Below, piece by piece: positions 13,354 through 26,889 of a stretch of DNA of 64,000 bases (the first letter of the stretch is position 1; the number at the start of each line of letters is the position of its first letter). Source of the stretch: Octopus sinensis. Lineage: Eukaryota. The notes under the pieces are model-generated. The model was not told the origin of the DNA. It was given only the letters and a program-made list of their open reading frames with translations, and did no database searches. Made by a program: the position numbers and the translations under genes. The stretch is taken from contig NC_043008.1 in assembly GCF_006345805.1 (NCBI RefSeq), positions 52,452,001-52,516,000 of the forward strand, written 5' to 3'.

Positions 13354-13787
13354 CTACAAGAAGAATATGTATGCATAATGAAGAAAATATTTATATCGGT
13401 ACCATGTTGGGCGTTGGTGCTACATAAAGTGTGCAACTGTAACAGTGCCATGTGACAGCACCTGTGCTGGTACTGCATAAAAGCACCTAGTACACCCTGT
13501 AAAGTGGTTGGCATTAGGAAGGGCATCCGGCCATAGAAACCATGCCACAACAGAGAAACGGAGCCCAAGCAGCTGCTCAGCTAGAGAAGCTCCTGTTAAA
13601 CTGTCCAACCTATGCCCGTATGGAAAAACAGACATTAAATGATGATGATGATGATGATGATGATGGTGATGATGGTGGTGGTGGTGGTGGTGATGATGAT
13701 GATGATGATGATGATGATGGTGATGATGATGGTGATGATGATGTTGATGATGATGATGATGATGATGAGTGCATCTATGGATATGAA

Positions 13788-13985
13788 GTGCCGGTGGCAC
13801 GTAAAAAGCACCCACTACACTCACGGAGTGGTTGGCGTTAGGAAGGGCATCCAGCTGTAGAAACACTGCCAGATCAGACTGGAGCCTGGTGCAGCCTTCT
13901 GGCTTCCCAGATCCCCGGTCGAACCGTCCAACCCATGCTAGCATGGAAAACAGGCGTTAAACGATGATGATGATGATGATGATGC
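13788..13985 (+). mobile_element. RTE-tail-like short retroelement ending in (GAT)n; copies at about 13490-13770, 26296-26470, 26710-26890(-), 41860-42017, 46795-46997, 49790-49990, 59405-59570(-)
   Basis: Recurrent aaaagcacccactacactc..ggagtggttggcgttaggaagggcatccagctgtagaaac...ccaacccatgctagcatggaaaacggacgttaaacgatgatgat. Confidence 0.75.
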
Positions 13986-15617
13986 AATAAGTGAAGGAAC
14001 AATCACAAGTGAAAATTCTGTAAATAATAACTATAAGCTTTAAGCTTTTAAGCATTCACCATAAATAAGCTTTAGAAAATAGTCTAATACAGGGGCACAT
14101 AAGCCCCTTGACAGAACAAAACGGGTACTATAGTAAGCATGGGAATTGAATCCACATCTGTTATATTGGTTTTCCACATGGCACTAATACTCATCTTATT
14201 CCATTGAGGGCTTATATGCCCCTATATTAGATTATTTTCTCTAGCCAAAGCAAAGTGAGTGTTTATAAGCTTAACCCATTAGCATTCAAGTTAATATGTA
14301 ACTTGAATGTAATCCTTATTCATTTACATTTTTAAAAATTAATCTGGTATTATCTTGTAGCTTCAAGATTTGAAAGATGCAATTGTTTATTTTCAGAATG
14401 ACATTGCAGGGTAGGTGTGAGATACTGGTTCTGGCCAGTTTGAGCATAAAATGAGTAGAATATTCGGGCCGGATATAGCTGGTTTAAATACTAGAAGGTT
14501 AAGGTTTATTATTTACTGAATGCATAGATATGTATGTGTATGTCTATGTGTATATACAGGTGTATGAATGGCCGTGTAATTACAAAACAGTTTTGCAACA
14601 ACAAAGTTTTGGGTTCAGTTTGTAATATTAGTGTTATTGCTTAAGGTGGTGAGTTGGCAGAATCATTTGTAACCAGGCAAAATGCTTTACTCTTTACTCT
14701 TTTACTTGTTTCAGTCAGTTGACTGTGGCCATGCTGGAGCACTGCCTTTAGTCGAACAACTCGACCCCGGGACTTATTCTTTGTAAGCCCAGTACTTATT
14801 CTATCCGTCTCTTTTGCTGAACCGCTAAGTGACGGGGACATAAACACACCAGCATCAGTTGTCAAGCAATGCTAGGGGGACAAACACAAACACACAAACA
14901 TACACGCACACATATATACATATATACGACGGGCTTCTTTCAGTTTCCATCTACCAAATCCACTCACAAGGCTTTGGTCGGCCCGAGGTTATAGTAGAAG
15001 ACACTTTTCAAGGTGCCACGCAGTGGGACTGAACCCGGAACCATGTGGTTGGTAAGCAAGCTACTTACCACACAGCCACTCATTTTATCTGTCTTTACGA
15101 CCTGAGTTCAACTTTACCTCTCGTCCTTTTGGGATCAATAAAATAAGTACCAGTTGTGCAGTGAGGTTGATGCAATCGTCTTACACCCTCCCCACAAATT
15201 GTTAGCCTTGTGCCAAAATGTGAAACTAATATTAGTTTTATTGCTTAAGATGGCAAGCCGGTAGAATTGTTTGTAACCAGGCAAAAGGCTTAACAGTATT
15301 CAATCTGTCTTTACATCCTGAGTTCAAATTCCACCAAGGCTGACCTTGCCTTTTATCATTTTGGGGTCGATAAAATAATTAACAGTTGTGTACAGGGATT
15401 AATGTAACTGATTTGACCATTCTCCCAAACTTGCAAGACTTATACTAAAATTTAAAATCAATTTTAGTTTTATGCTGAACAGAACAGAAAACTACAAAAA
15501 TAAAAACTGGCTTTATGTTTTGACCAATGGTATTTCTCCAGGGAATTATGCTTAACCCTTTCATTACTGTATTTATTTTGAGATAATCTGTGTCTCTCTC
15601 AGTTATTTTAGATATAA

Positions 15618-17497
15618 ATAATAATAATGAAATTATTGTATACAGTGCTCAGGTGCACCACAACTTGTCAGAAAGTGCATATAAAGTATATGCAGTAATG
15701 TAGAAATGTCTGAAAAGCGAACAATGTATGAGTCAGATACATGCTTGCGTGTGTATGGAGGGGAGAAAATCAGGTGTAGTGTTGGCGAATCTCAGAAAGC
15801 ATGGAAGTTTTGAAGGATGCAGTGCTCCAACAACTAACAACTGATGCCGGCAGTTTGTTCCATGCTTCAGCAACTCTCAGTGTGAAAAAATGTTTCCTAA
15901 AGTCATGGGAGCTGTGCTGTTTTCTGACTTTGTAAATATGTCCACGGGTTTTAGATGGATGGAGTTTGAAAAGGTGCTCAGAGTTATTGTTTGTACGATG
16001 GTTGATAATTTTATGGGTGTCTGCCAAGTCAGCTGCCAAACGTCGGAATTTCAATGTGTCCATGCCCAGGGAAGTAAGGTGTTCAGGATATGGCAAATGC
16101 CTGATTGAGGGTATTCTTTTGGTTGCACATCGCTGAACGGCTTCCAGACGATTGATATCCTGGGCAAGATAGGGGTTCCAGACCGGTGATGCAAATTCCA
16201 GGTGAGGTCTTACCATAGCTATATAAAGCCGCAGATAGATAGCTGGAGAGCGGCTCACAAAGGATTTGGTGAGTGATGCCAAGACACCCTCAGCCTTCTT
16301 GACAATTTTAGCGATGTGTTTTGTCCAACGCAAATCACTGTCGACAATAACACCCAGGTCACGTTCACATGAAGACTTTTTGAGACTAGTGTTGTGGAGG
16401 GAGTAGGTGGACGCTGGGTTTCTCTTCCCAAAATGCATGGTGGTACATTTGTCCACAGCCAGCTTGAGTTGCCAGTCCATGATCCACTGCTTCATGGTGT
16501 CCAGGTCTGCTTGCAATAGGGATCTATAGTGTACAGGATTTGACCTCTTTATTTCAAGGTACAGCTTGATGTCATCTGCATATTTCAGAACTTTGGCATT
16601 CTTTAAGTTGGCATCTATGTCATTAACATATGCAACAAATAAAAGGGGGCCACGAACAGATCCCTGTGGTACACCAGATGTCATCTCATAGGGCAAAGAG
16701 TGCTGTCCTAGAACTGTGACAACCTCTTTTCGGCCGAAAATAAAGGACTTCAACCAGTTATAGAGTTTGTCTCTTACACCCAACGCAGAAAGCTTCACCA
16801 TAAGTCTTTTGTGTGGCACAGAGTTAAAAGCCTTAGCAAAGTCCAGGTAAACAACATCCACCCAGGATCTGCGATCAGTGATTTGGGTAACGTCCTCAAG
16901 AAACTCGATGAGTTGATTACAGCAGCTGGAGTTAGGAATAAATCCAAATTGTAACGGCTGGATGAGGCTGTGAGACTTCCAGAAGTTCCAGAGGGTTTCT
17001 CTGATACAGGATTCCATCAGTTTGGCGATGCAGCTAGTAAGACTGACGGGGGCGATAGTTGACAGGCGATGTGCGGTCGCCTTTTTTGAACAGAGGGATG
17101 ACACTGGCAGTTTTCCACTGTTCTGGAGTAACACCATTGTCAAGACAGAATTGGAAGAATAGAGAATGTTGGCTTAGAAGAAAGTACCCACCGCGTTTGA
17201 GAAGTAGGTATGTAACACCATCGAGACCAGGAGAGGCATAATTGCGTTTATTCTTTAGGTGGTGTTGCAGCATTGCTGATGTAAATTGCATAGTAGATAT
17301 AGAGTCCGATGTCAGTGGTGATGAAGATGGAACATTTTGGTCTTCGACAGTAAAGATGCCGGCATAGCATCCAGCAATGATTTCTGCACATTCTTCGGGA
17401 TTGCCAGTAATCTGCCCTGTGTGGGGATTGTGAAGGGGACCCACTGGAGTTGTCACCTGCTTGAGGTGGTTGGCTGACCTATTGCGCTTTTTTTTTT
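15618..17497 (-). mobile_element. 5'-truncated CR1/L2-type LINE, reverse transcriptase region, with one frameshift
   Basis: RT motifs NYRPVSLTS, LDFAKAFNSV, GVPQGS..GPLLF, KYADD, ERDLGV and LYIAMVRPHLEFASPVWNPY. A +1 frameshift in the G5 run at 17048-17052 joins ORFs 17034-17456 and 15770-17143. An (ATT)n 3' tail lies at about 15618-15628. Confidence 0.93.
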
Positions 17498-18167
17498 TAA
17501 CAAAGAATTCAGCAAATAACTTAGTTATTTTTAAGCTAGTGTTAGGAACATTAATTGTGACTAAAGGTTTGGTGGAAGATTTTAATTCAGAACTTATGAA
17601 AACAAGACATTTGTACTACAGAGCCAGAGCCGGTTTCAGCTGGGTTGGTAACGAAAGGGTTAACAACACAAAAATCTTAATCCTTCAGGTATTAACAGTT
17701 ATGTTCATTTTAGTGGTTATAACCAAAACACCTTTTTACAGCAAGGCTAAAAAATATTCTTATATGAGTTATTAAGAAACCCTCTATGTGGTCAGTCAGC
17801 TTGCAAGAAATGGCAACCAAATCTCATTTAAATCATACCCTACTGTCTCAAAGAAGGAAGGACATAGTTGATAACATAGATGTAGTCTTAGAAGTACTAT
17901 TTCTTAAAAAAAAAACATGTGACAGTCATGGCTGGAATGCTTTTGATCATAAATTTGTTTACTGAAGACTAACCTGTGGTTAAATAACAATAATATATTT
18001 ATGATGAAATAAAATGGGAGAGGTTTGCAAAAGTGAAAGGTTTATGTGTGTCTGCATGTGCAAACTTGTGTGTGTGTGCGCACGTTCGTACATATGTGTG
18101 TTTGTTTGGATGCATGTCTGTGTGAATGTATTCAACATGTACATAGTTTCACATAATGGAAATTTAC

Positions 18168-18314
18168 CTGAGCCATAGAGGACGACAGAATAATCAAAAT
18201 ACTTCTCTTTGGCTGAGTAATGATCCGTTGTGGTGGTTGAGTTTTCACCAGTTCCAGTAGTCCGAGTTTCACTCCAATAGACATGAGCTTCTCCTTTTAT
18301 CTCCAGACGGACAC
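18168..18314 (-). CDS. ARRDC: ARRDC-family gene, coding exon 2
   Basis: Acceptor ttccttag, donor GTAAAT, 147 nt, phase 1 to 1. Encodes GVRLEIKGEAHVYWSETRTTGTGENSTTTTDHYSAKEKYFDYSVVLYGS (arrestin-N: GxAxVxWSE...YSAxExYF). Confidence 0.95.
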
Positions 18315-18350
18315 CTAAGGAAGAAATCAGTAACATATCTAATTAAAAAT

Positions 18351-18388
<38 letters not shown>

Positions 18389-18784
18389 TTAGCATCCGTT
18401 TTCCATGCTAGCATGATATTTCTTTATTGCCCACAAGGGGCTAAACATAGAGGGGACAAGCAAGGACAGACAAAGGGATTAAGTCAATTACAGCGATCTC
18501 CCAGTGCGAAACTGGTACTTTATTTATTGACCCCGAAAGGATGAAAGGCAAAGCCGACCTCGGCGGAATTTGAACCCAGAACGTTACGGCAGATGAAATA
18601 CTGCAAAGCATTTTGCCTGGCGTGCTAACGTTTCTGCCAGCTTGCCGCCTAATTAAAAATATCTAATTAAAAATATAGTCTACAAGAAGGCAGCAAGCTA
18701 ACAATATTTTCTATGATTATGTTCTGTGTTCAAATTCTGCTGAGGTCGACTTTGCTTTCATCCTTTGGGGTTGATAAAATAAAT

Positions 18785-19105
18785 GTCAGTTGAAAACTGG
18801 AGTTGATGTAATCAACTTGTCCCCCACCCCCAAAAAATTGCAGGCCTTATACCAAAATTTGAAACCAATATAATCCCACAATTACTAATATAAGTGTCAG
18901 TTGAATATCGGAGTCAATGTAATCAACTTGTTTCCTCCCCCCAAATTGCTGGCCTTGTACCAAAATTTGAAACCAATATAATCCCACAATTACTAATATA
19001 AGTGTCAGTTGAATATCGGAGTCAATGTAATCAACTTGTTTCCTCCCCCCAAATTGCTGGCCTTGTACCAAAATTTGAAACCAATATAATCCCACAATTA
19101 CTAAT
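18785..19105. repeat. 108-bp tandem triplication
   Basis: The gtcagttgaa anchor occurs at 18785, 18896 and 19004. Copies 2 and 3 look identical. Confidence 0.9.
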
Positions 19106-20646
19106 CCACGAATATTCTCTCCCCACACTCTTCGAACGTTTTTCAAAGTCACTGCTTCTCTAAATTTGTTAATTGTATACCACTCAAGGCACTTACCTTT
19201 GCTTTTCTTTCTCACTCCTTTTGTTTCATTTGATCTACTAAATTACGGTTAGGATTCTACTAAATAGTTTACCCAATCCTTGAACCCCCTATTTCCCTAT
19301 TCCATCTCCTACAAAAGTTCAAACTAGACATAAACTGAATTGTTTCCACTACCCTGGAAAGGACTCCTATCCTTACTTTGCAGACAAAGAAAAAAAAAAA
19401 AGTGAAATATTCTCAATAATAACATCAAGATTTGAAAGGTAAAACATTGTGAAAATATTTATAAACTGTGGCCTGGAAAATATAGCAACATGGAAATTTA
19501 ATGCACTTTGTTAAAAATGAAATCCTTTTCAGATCAAAACAATTCAATAGCAGTTCAAATGTTACATACAAAAATCTGCTTAACAAATCTCAATGGATCA
19601 TTGTTTTGTAAATCATTTAATTTTGTAAAATAGAAAGGCGCAGGAGTGGCTGTGTGGTAAGTAGCTTGCTAACCAACCACATGGTTCCGGGTTCAGTCCC
19701 ACTGCGTGGCATCTTGGGCAAGTGTCTTCTGCTATAGCCCCGGGCCGACCAATGCCTTGTGAGTGGATTTGGTAGATGGAAACTGAAAGAAGCCTGTCGT
19801 ATATATGTATATATATATGTATGTGTGTGTATATGTTTGTGTGTCTGTGTTTGTCCCCCTAGCATTGCTTGACAACCGATGCTGGTGTGTTTACGTCCCC
19901 GTCACTTAGCGGTTCGGCAAAAAGAGACCGATAAAATAAGTACTGGGCTTACAAAAAGAATAAGTCCCGGGGTCGAGTTGCTCGACTAAAGGCGGTGCTC
20001 CAGCATGGCCGCAGTCAACTGACTGAAACAAGTAAAAGAGTAAAGAGTAAAAGAGTAGTACAATTAATCATTTTATAAGTATATCAGTGCATACATATAG
20101 ACATACAAACATACATACATGCATGCATACATACATCATTATCGTCATTTTCTCATCTACATTTCCATGCTTCATGAGCCAAAGGGAATTTATTGAGGTA
20201 GGTTTTTTCTATACACTGATGTTCCTCATCTCAATATTCCTCACATACAGTAATACTGTGATATACATGTTAATTTGTTCTCAAACTCATCACGCAATGC
20301 TATATATAATTTGTTCCCAGAAAAATATTTCACTGATAAAATTTATAATACTCGTAAATAAATCACAATAAAATACCAACAGAATGTAAAGAATATTTTA
20401 TGTAAAGTAAAAAGAATATCAAGTTCATTTATAATAAAATATATTAGGCGTAGGAGTGGCTGTGTGGTAAGTAGCTTGCTTATAAACCACATGGTTCCGG
20501 GTTCAGTCCCACTGCATGGCACCTTGGGCATGTGTCTACTACTATAGCCTTGGGCTGACCAAAACCTTGTGAGAGGATTTGGTAGACAGAAACTGAAATA
20601 AGCCTGTCGTTTATATGTGTATATATATATATATATACATATATAC

Positions 20647-20692
<46 letters not shown>

Positions 20693-20899
20693 GTATGTGC
20701 GTGTATATGTTTGTGTGTCTGTGTTTGTCCCCCCAACATCGCTCGACAACCGATGCTGGTGTGTTTACATCCTCATAACTTAGCAGTTTGGCAAAAGAGA
20801 CCGATAGAATAAGTACTAGGCTTACAAAGAATAAGTCCTGGGGTCGATTTGACTAAATCCGTTAGATTCACTTCAACATTTAAATTTAATTTGTCAAAA

Positions 20900-21590
20900 T
20901 ATTTTCATCACTGACTAAATCCCATGCTTTAAATAATGTTACTGAAGCCCAAACTTTTTTATCACATTTCCATATGAGTGGAAGGGTATTTTTTAAGATG
21001 TCTTTAAGTGCCCTAGGATTTTCCACTTGATAAACTAGCATTGGTCTTAAATCCCCAGATGCGTTTCCTCCAAATAATGTCAGTTGATCACATGCATCTT
21101 TAAAACCAAGCAGCACAGATTCTTCCTTAGCAATATAACTTCTGGATGGCATCTATTTCCAGAAAAGTCCTATTTCATTAACATTAAAAATCAGTTGTGG
21201 CATGAAGCCCGTTTTCTCAATTATTTCTGCCAATGTTTCTGGAAATTTTTCTGCTGCATCGACATCAGCACTTGATGCTTCTCCTTGCACTTTGACAGAA
21301 TGCTAAACATCAATTTTTAAATTAACTAATCCATCCTCCGCTCGCAACAAAACTTTCATTTGTGTCACCTATAATTATACTGGAAAGAGACAATGCTTTG
21401 TTATAAACCATTGCCCATTTAGCATTCATATGCATGAATTGTATTTTGTCCCTTATCAATGCACTTAAAAGTTTTTCCATTTCTGGAATAATGCTCCCAG
21501 CATCTCTTTTATGAGTCCAGGTTGATTGCAAAGGCTGTGCATTTCTCACTTCAAATAAATATTTTTGGTTTTCTTTGAGAATTGTGCAGA
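20900..21590 (-). mobile_element. Tigger/pogo (TIGD1-like) transposase fragment
   Basis: EMEKLLSALI.D...NKALSL...ESFVASGGW and MPSRSYIAKEE...GFKDACDQLTL.GGNASGD.RPMLVY..ENPRALK...LP.IWK..KK.W. Confidence 0.85.
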
Positions 21591-21599
21591 CTTACCCAA

Positions 21600-22210
21600 A
21601 ACCATTACAAGTTGTGGTGACACAACCAGGTAGCAAAAGTGCTACATTGGAAACTGTGTGAAAAGTGAGTGCTAGAGAGAGGCAAGACGTGGTATTAGCA
21701 CAAACTGCTGAGAGTGGTTGAGTCAGAGACTAGCAAAATCCTCTGGGATTTCCTGATCAAAACAGATCAGGTGCTAGAGCATAACAGACCAAACCTAGTG
21801 GTGATGGACAAGGTGTACCATTTATGCTATATAGTTGATGTTGCATGCTCCTTTCACCTACGAATAGTCAAGAAGGAAGGTGAAAAGATAGATACAATCC
21901 TCTTAAATACAAAATAGCCTGGCTATGGAAAATGAAGAAGGTGAAGATAGTGTCAATTATTGTTGGGTCCTTAGGAACAATACCAGAAGGCATCAAGTGG
22001 AATATAAAGGAAATTGGGATGAAGTACCCAGTAGAACTGTTACAAAAGGTTTGCCTCCTTCATACAGCCAGAATAATCAGGAAAGTATTAGATAGTCGAA
22101 AAGAGCAAATAGCATGGTACTGTAGGCTGCAGGTAGTAAGCCTGCTATGCATAGAAGATTCTGGGAGCTCCAACAAAACTTGTGATAAAAAGAAAATGAT
22201 AATAATGAAT
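21600..22210 (+). mobile_element. R4/Dong-like RLE non-LTR retrotransposon 3' fragment (same family as 59925-61000)
   Basis: ORFs 21714-21917 and 21932-22315 (ILWDFLIKTDQVLEHNRPN...VDVAC; KVKIVSIIVGSLG...LLQKVCLL.TARIIRKVL) are near-identical to the 60-kb copy. Confidence 0.85.
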
Positions 22211-23472
22211 TGGGGGCAAGTAGAGATAACCTTTTATTCAATCATTCATAGTAGATTACATAAAGCTGTTTGTGTAACCCTTAAATCTATTATATCCAAT
22301 TTTATTTCAGTATGATTTTTTGTGTTGTATCTATAATTAAGTGTGACTGACATTTATTGAATGGTGTAGAATTGTTCTTTATGCTTTTTTTTTTGCCTGT
22401 AGTAGAATAGTAAAATCCATTCTTATAGTATTCTGTGATCCCAAGGTTGTCTTACCATAAATATCAATGTTTACACTGGACAGAGAGAGGATGGATAGAG
22501 GGAGAGAGAGAGAAAGAGGGTCTACTTTTCTTTTCATCTAAAAAAGAATAAAGCTTATCATGTCACTGGTAAATGAGATAAGAATGTCATCTTACTTCAA
22601 GAGAAGACTATAAAACTGTTTACTCTTGGGAGTGTGCCATCATTCTAGAAATGCAACACAATAGCCAAATCCCTCATATTCTTTTTATTACTCTCATCCT
22701 TGTCTAAAGTAACAAGCTGACAGAACTGTTAGAGCATCTGAAAAGGGCATGGTGATATTTGTTCTGGATGTTGTGTTGGAACAGAGAATACTGTGACAGT
22801 TACCATGAGAGAACCTCTCATATGGTTTTCTGATGACAATAAGCATTCTTATCTACATCAATAGCAGGAGACAATCACAGCAATTGCTGCCACCAAGACT
22901 TCCAGCTCACACCATTTTGGCTGTCCATGGCCCTGTCAATGGCAGATGCCTGACCACAGGGAAAAGAAGCAACTACTCCATTATCAATATACATAAAAGC
23001 ACAGGGCCTGATCAGGTACAGGTGTCATGTGGGCTATTTAGGTGGTGATAAATGTCACATTCAAATGGTGATAAATGTCATACTTATTATCATCATATCA
23101 TATCATGCCACGCTTATTATCATCATAATATAGGGTTTATTTTATGGTGTGAAACTGGCAAAATTATTAGAACATTGAATAGAAAATATTATGGTATGTT
23201 TTTACTCTCTGCATTCTGAGTTCAAATCCTAACCAGTTCAACTTTGTCTTTTATCTTTTTCAGGTCAATAAATGTGTATGTGTGTACAAACAAGGGTGTA
23301 TGCGTGTGAGATAAAATACAGAGCAACTGGACAACAGGAAGTTTGTATCATAGGACCAGAAATGGTCTTAGGTGGGTTGGTAGCAAAAGGTATAACAGAA
23401 ATATGGACCAAAGTGTTTCCGTTTAGTTCACAGTTTGCATCTGTTTTCAATTGGATGAACATTCCTCATTTT

Positions 23473-23528
<56 letters not shown>

Positions 23529-24154
23529 AATATAAAGATATTACTGTTAGTAGTACTGAAATAAATATTACTATTGACATTTTACACTAAATTATAGTTG
23601 AGCCTAACTTGGAAGATATTACATTACATAACTATTTAATTATTCCCCCAAAGAATCCGATTGCCCTACTAAATAAGAGCAATTTCCATAATCAAAACAA
23701 AAACTATAACAACAAAAAGAAACATATTGCCTCTGCTACAAATATCTCTAACATTTCGTAACCCTGTAACAATACAAGGAGGATAGGCATATATGAAGTA
23801 CATGTATGACTGTGTGGTTAAAAAGTTTGCTTTCCAGTGACGTGGATGCAACGCGCTCGAGAAAATGTCTTCTACTATAGACTTAGACTGACCAAAGCCT
23901 CGTTGAATGGAATGGGTAGATGGACGTTGAAAGTGAATATTCAAAAGAAAACCAAGCTCGGTTTAGCAGCTGGTGATAAGAAACAAGCAACTCAGACTTC
24001 TGGAAATTTGAGCCTTTCAGTTATAATGCATTGAAAAATACCCTACATTTGTATTGAGTTCTGTAATTTATCGCTTCTGGTGAACAACAGAGATTTATGT
24101 GTGTGTGCGCGTGTGTGTGTATGTGTGTGTATTATAAATTTGTAGACGAACTAG

Positions 24155-24337
24155 AAGGCTGTAAATTACAGAGAAAAGCAACAATATAGGTCTTTTTATA
24201 ATAACTGTAATTATATATTATATATACTAATAATATGTCACTCTAAACAGAGCACATGTTATTTGTATAAATAATATATAATTGCAGTTATTATAAAAAG
24301 ACCTGTATTATTGCTCTTCTCCATAATTTACAGCCTT
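24155..24337. mobile_element. Small MITE-like inverted repeat
   Basis: aaggctgtaaatta...taggtctttttataataactgtaattatatatt pairs with aatatataattgcagttattataaaaagacctgta...taatttacagcctt. Confidence 0.65.
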
Positions 24338-25212
24338 GGGGTTTGTATACAAATTATCTATCTATACATTAAAATTGGCTGAAATTGATGGGTGGGCTAT
24401 GTGGATGAATTGGATGTGTATGGAGCCATGTAAGCATTGATACCGTGTTCAATTCCCAGTAGTTTGGCCCATCTTTAGGCTAAGTGGCTCTAAATGGAGC
24501 ATATATTATTAGTATAAATAATATATATATATAGTTATTATATATATATGTATATATATATACATATATATAGATAAATACATATGAAGGGGTGCTGAAA
24601 AGTCCCAGATCTTTTCAGTTTGAACGGCAGTTTTTAACATAATTTCTAAGTAATAAACAATTTTAAACTTTGTATACTGGTAGAATGTGTTAATAAAACA
24701 TCATTTTCTCTTGGCTTTCTTGAGAAAATTCTGTAGTTCGTAACATATTTCGTCTTTAATTTCTTGCATTTTGGCGATTTCAACCAATCACTGGCGTCTA
24801 TTGAGTTAAAAAGCATTCTGTGCCGTATGAATATGTCCCTCGTTTAAGAAACAGATTGGGTTTATTTACATTTGGGAAGAAAAAAAGATACCCTCCCCCC
24901 CTAACCCTAACACACTCTGCTAACACCTAAATAAAACCTTTCTCTTAACATTCTACGGTTGTGTTGTCTTTCTTTTCTTTTCTGGCACACTTACTCATTT
25001 ATCCATTTTTGCTTTTATTGTAAGCAACCATGTGGTGTATTAAATGAGTCCTTCATTCGTCACCTCTCCTTTCGCATGGTCGTTCTACATACTTAATATA
25101 TAGGTAAAAACTGTACATATAACTTATATAAGGTGAAAACATGATAAAGTTATAAATAATAGCACATAAACTATTGGGTTAAAAAGGCTAAAAAAACAAA
25201 ATTGATTCAATA

Positions 25213-25712
25213 TCAATGACAGAAAAAAAAAATTCAGATCTTTTCCTTTTGAACGGCACACAATTTCTAGTTAACTAAACACTTTAAAACTTCGTATACT
25301 GGTAGAATATGTCAAAATAAAACATTTTTTTCTCTTGGCTTTCTTGATAAAATTGTAATTCGTTTGTTTAACGTAGTTTAATTTTTCAAATTTTAACCAA
25401 TCGAGTTAAAATCATTTGCTGCATCTAAAACTGAGACAGCATCCTGTCACTAACCCTAAACCTCACCCTAACCCTAAATTTCTTTTTCTTAATTGTTAAA
25501 TTAATTTAATTGTTACGCAGCAAATGATTTTAACTCAATGGAGGTAATCGATTGGCTAAAATTGCCGAAATGCTTGAAATTTCAGACGAAATATATTACA
25601 ATCTATAGAATTTTCTCAATAAAACACATTCTACCAGTATACGAAGTTTAAAACTTTTTAGTTACCTAGAAATTATGTTACAAAGTGCCGTTCAAAAGGA
25701 AAAGATCCCAAA
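25213..25712. mobile_element. Non-autonomous DNA element with long TIRs; a related partial copy lies at 24600-24915
   Basis: agatcttttccttttgaacggcac...ctggtagaat at the left end, and its reverse complement attctaccagtatacgaag...gtgccgttcaaaaggaaaagatc at the right end. Internal ccctaa repeats. Confidence 0.7.
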
Positions 25713-26889
25713 ATTCTTAATTATTCCCCAAAATATATTATGTAATAAACAAGGAGGCATAACTACAAATGCGTACCCCCAACCGACTTTGTTGCCTCAT
25801 AACTTCCAGAAAAATGGATACTTTTAATGAAACTTTCAACAAATAACCACTCAAATCCTGTAGATTGATTGTATGTAAAGATTTGTGGCCAAAAAATTTT
25901 CTGAGGGGTTGGGGAGTTTCGGAAAATTCACTCGACCAGACATTCTTCATCTGAATTTGGTAGCAAAATTTTTTTGCAAGGGGACATGAGGAAGGGTTTC
26001 TGAAAAATGGAGTTTCAGATTAAACGGCTCACACAAGTTGGAATACTTACTTTTTACTTGTTTCAGTCATGTGACTGTGGCCATGCTGGAGCACCACCTT
26101 TAGTCGAGCAAATCGACGCCAGGACTTATTCTTTGTAAGCCTAGTACTTATTCTATCGGTCTCTTTTGCCGAACCGCTAAGTTACGAGGACGTAAACACA
26201 CCAGCATCGCTTGTCAAGCGATGTTGGGGGGACAAACGCAGACACACAAACATATACACACACATACATACATACATATATATATATATAAATATAAAGC
26301 ACCCACTACACTCTTGGAGTGGTTGGCGTTAGGAAAGGCATCCAGCTGTAGAAACACTGCCAGATCAGAGTGGGCCTGGCGCAGCCTTCTGGCTTCCCAG
26401 ACCCCAGTTGAACCGTCCAACCCATGCTAGCATGGAAAACGGACGTTAAACGATGATGATGATGATGATGATATATATATATATGATGGGCTTCTTTCAG
26501 TTTCCGTCTACCAAATCCACTCACAAGGCTTTGGTCGGCCCGAGGCTGTAGTAGAAGACACTTGCCCAAGGTGCCATGCAGTGGGACTGAACCCGGAACC
26601 ATGTAGTTGGTAGACAAGCTACTTACCACAAAGCTACCCCTTTGACAGGGTTCTTTCCTTTTTCTAAATTTTCCCCTCACCACAGTCTTTCAAATGATGG
26701 GAGGTATCACCATCATCATCATTTAGCGTCCGCTTTCCATGCTAGCATGGGTTGGACGGTTCAACTGGGGTCTGTGAAGCTGGAAGGCTTCATCAGGCCC
26801 AGTCAGATCTGGCAGTGTTTCTACGGCTGGATGCCCTTCCTAACGCCAACCACTCCGTGAATGTAGTGGGTGCTTTTTACGTGCCACCC

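Noticed and set aside
23272-23475. Protein-looking ORF (…ATGQQEVCIIGPEMVLGGLVAKGITEIWTKVFPFSSQF…) and its antisense ORF
   Set aside because: No recognisable family motif, no convincing splice sites, and no partner exons. A BLAST search would be needed to rescue it.
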